24,000 bases of DNA from Actinomarinicola tropica (GTDB lineage: Bacteria > Actinomycetota > Acidimicrobiia > Acidimicrobiales > SKKL01), in assembly GCF_009650215.1 (NCBI RefSeq), contig NZ_CP045851.1:759189-783188 (forward strand), given 5' to 3'. Each line of letters begins with the position of its first letter. Within the stretch, counting starts at the first letter, position 1. The position numbers were made by a program, and so were the translations under genes. This document shows, in pieces, positions 23,180-24,000 of this stretch. The notes beneath the pieces were generated by a model, which was given only the letters and a program-made list of their open reading frames with translations, searched no databases and had not been told where the DNA came from.

Positions 23180-24000
23180 GGGCGTGGCCCGGCCATCACG
23201 GACGTGAGGTCCGGGCCGATGACGACCTCGCCGTCGAAGTGGGCGGCGGCGAGCGCCCGCCACTCGTCCTCGGTGCCCGGGGCCGGCGCCGGCACGTAGT
23301 GGGTGAGGACGAGCGTGCGTACCCGGGCGCGGGCCGCGGTCTGCGCCGCCTGCTCGACCGTCGAGTGGTAGTCGCAGATGTCGTGGAGCCGCTCGCTCGG
23401 GATGAGCGCGACGAGGTCGTCGCGGATCACCGTCTGCACGTAGAGGTCGGCGCCGGCGCAGAGGACGTCGAGCTCCGGGCACGGCACCGAGTCGCCGGCG
23501 AGCGCGGCCACCGTCTCGTCGTGCTCGATCCTGTAGCCGACGGTCGGCTCGACCGGGCGGTGGTCGGTGCGGTGGACCGAGATGGTCGTCGCCGCGAGCG
23601 TGAGCTCGTCGCCGGGCCGCACCTCGGTCACCTCGAGCGACGGCGGGTACTGGAGGTCGTCGTGGTGGGCGTGGCGGTAGCCGAGGTCGCGGCTCAGCAT
23701 CGCCAGCACGGCGTCGACCACCTCGCCGGTGCCGGGCGGCCCGATCACCGGCAACGGCGTCGGCGCGGTCGACATCACCCACTGGGTGGTGATCACGTCG
23801 TTCAGGTCGGTGATGTGGTCGCTGTGCAGGTGCGTGAGCAGCACGGCCGACAGTCCGATCGGGAGCACGCCGGCGCCGGCGAGGCGCATGACGACGCCAC
23901 GGCCGCAGTCGACGAGGAGCGTGGCGTCGCCGGTGCGGACGAGCGTGGACGGGCCGGCCCGGTCGGGCGACGGCAGCGGGCTGCCGGTGCCGAGGAGCGT
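23176..24000 (-). CDS. MBL-fold metallo-hydrolase (RNase Z/ElaC-like); 5' end off-window
   Basis: Contains the HLHSDH (HxHxDH) motif. The frame stays open to the window edge, with an N-terminal-type [34 protein letters not shown] upstream of the listed Met. Confidence 0.85.
   Translation of the reverse strand, partial: TLLGTGSPLPSPDRAGPSTLVRTGDATLLVDCGRGVVMRLAGAGVLPIGLSAVLLTHLHSDHITDLNDVITTQWVMSTAPTPLPVIGPPGTGEVVDAVLAMLSRDLGYRHAHHDDLQYPPSLEVTEVRPGDELTLAATTISVHRTDHRPVEPTVGYRIEHDETVAALAGDSVPCPELDVLCAGADLYVQTVIRDDLVALIPSERLHDICDYHSTVEQAAQTAARARVRTLVLTHYVPAPAPGTEDEWRALAAAHFDGEVVIGPDLTSVMAGPRP

Noticed and set aside
1-24000. Search for CRISPR arrays, tRNA/rRNA genes, transposases/integrases, and retinal-biosynthesis genes (crt/blh) accompanying the heliorhodopsin.
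   Set aside because: I could not recognise any by eye. There are no spaced direct repeats, no cloverleaf-like segments in the few long spacers, and no DDE or tyrosine-recombinase motifs in any credible ORF. Absence should be confirmed with tRNAscan-SE, Infernal and HMM scans.

Overview
This is a very GC-rich bacterial chromosomal window (by eye about 70% G+C or more, with third codon positions almost all G/C). It is most consistent with an Actinomycetota genome, possibly Acidimicrobiia-like; that placement is inference only. I could not run any searches, so every family call rests on motifs I recognise in the translations. The six-frame track is dominated by long Arg/Pro/Gly-rich shadow ORFs typical of high-GC DNA. 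After trimming these I support about 30 genes or gene fragments and find no rRNA, tRNA, CRISPR array or transposase.

Main observations:
1. A heliorhodopsin gene (6300..7061, minus) has its stop codon overlapping the start codon of PEP carboxylase (ppc, 3577..6300) in the sequence TGATG. An AlkZ/YcaQ-like DNA glycosylase lies just upstream on the same strand. This heliorhodopsin-ppc pairing is my top candidate for an undescribed light-linked metabolic module.
2. A YjjI-family (DUF3029) glycyl-radical enzyme with an RVTGY motif is translationally coupled to its YjjW-type radical-SAM activase (8119..10406).
3. A 369-aa protein with no signal peptide carries a C-terminal protein-glutamine glutaminase (deamidase) domain with an intact Cys-His-Asp triad, fused to an unknown N-terminal domain (19008..20117).
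4. A 56-aa hyper-acidic peptide built from two 21-aa DENLD...DTGDE repeats sits 10 nt upstream of a JmjC/cupin-4 oxygenase (17184..18489).
5. An HTH-WYL regulator is coupled to a terpenoid-cyclase/prenyltransferase-like repeat protein, next to a DUF222-HNH endonuclease.
6. An AT-rich 18-bp perfect palindrome abuts the start codon of an SRPBCC-TetR pair.
7. An apparent deletion scar joins the 3' halves of two divergent genes upstream of an orphan ZnuA/TroA-type metal-binding lipoprotein.
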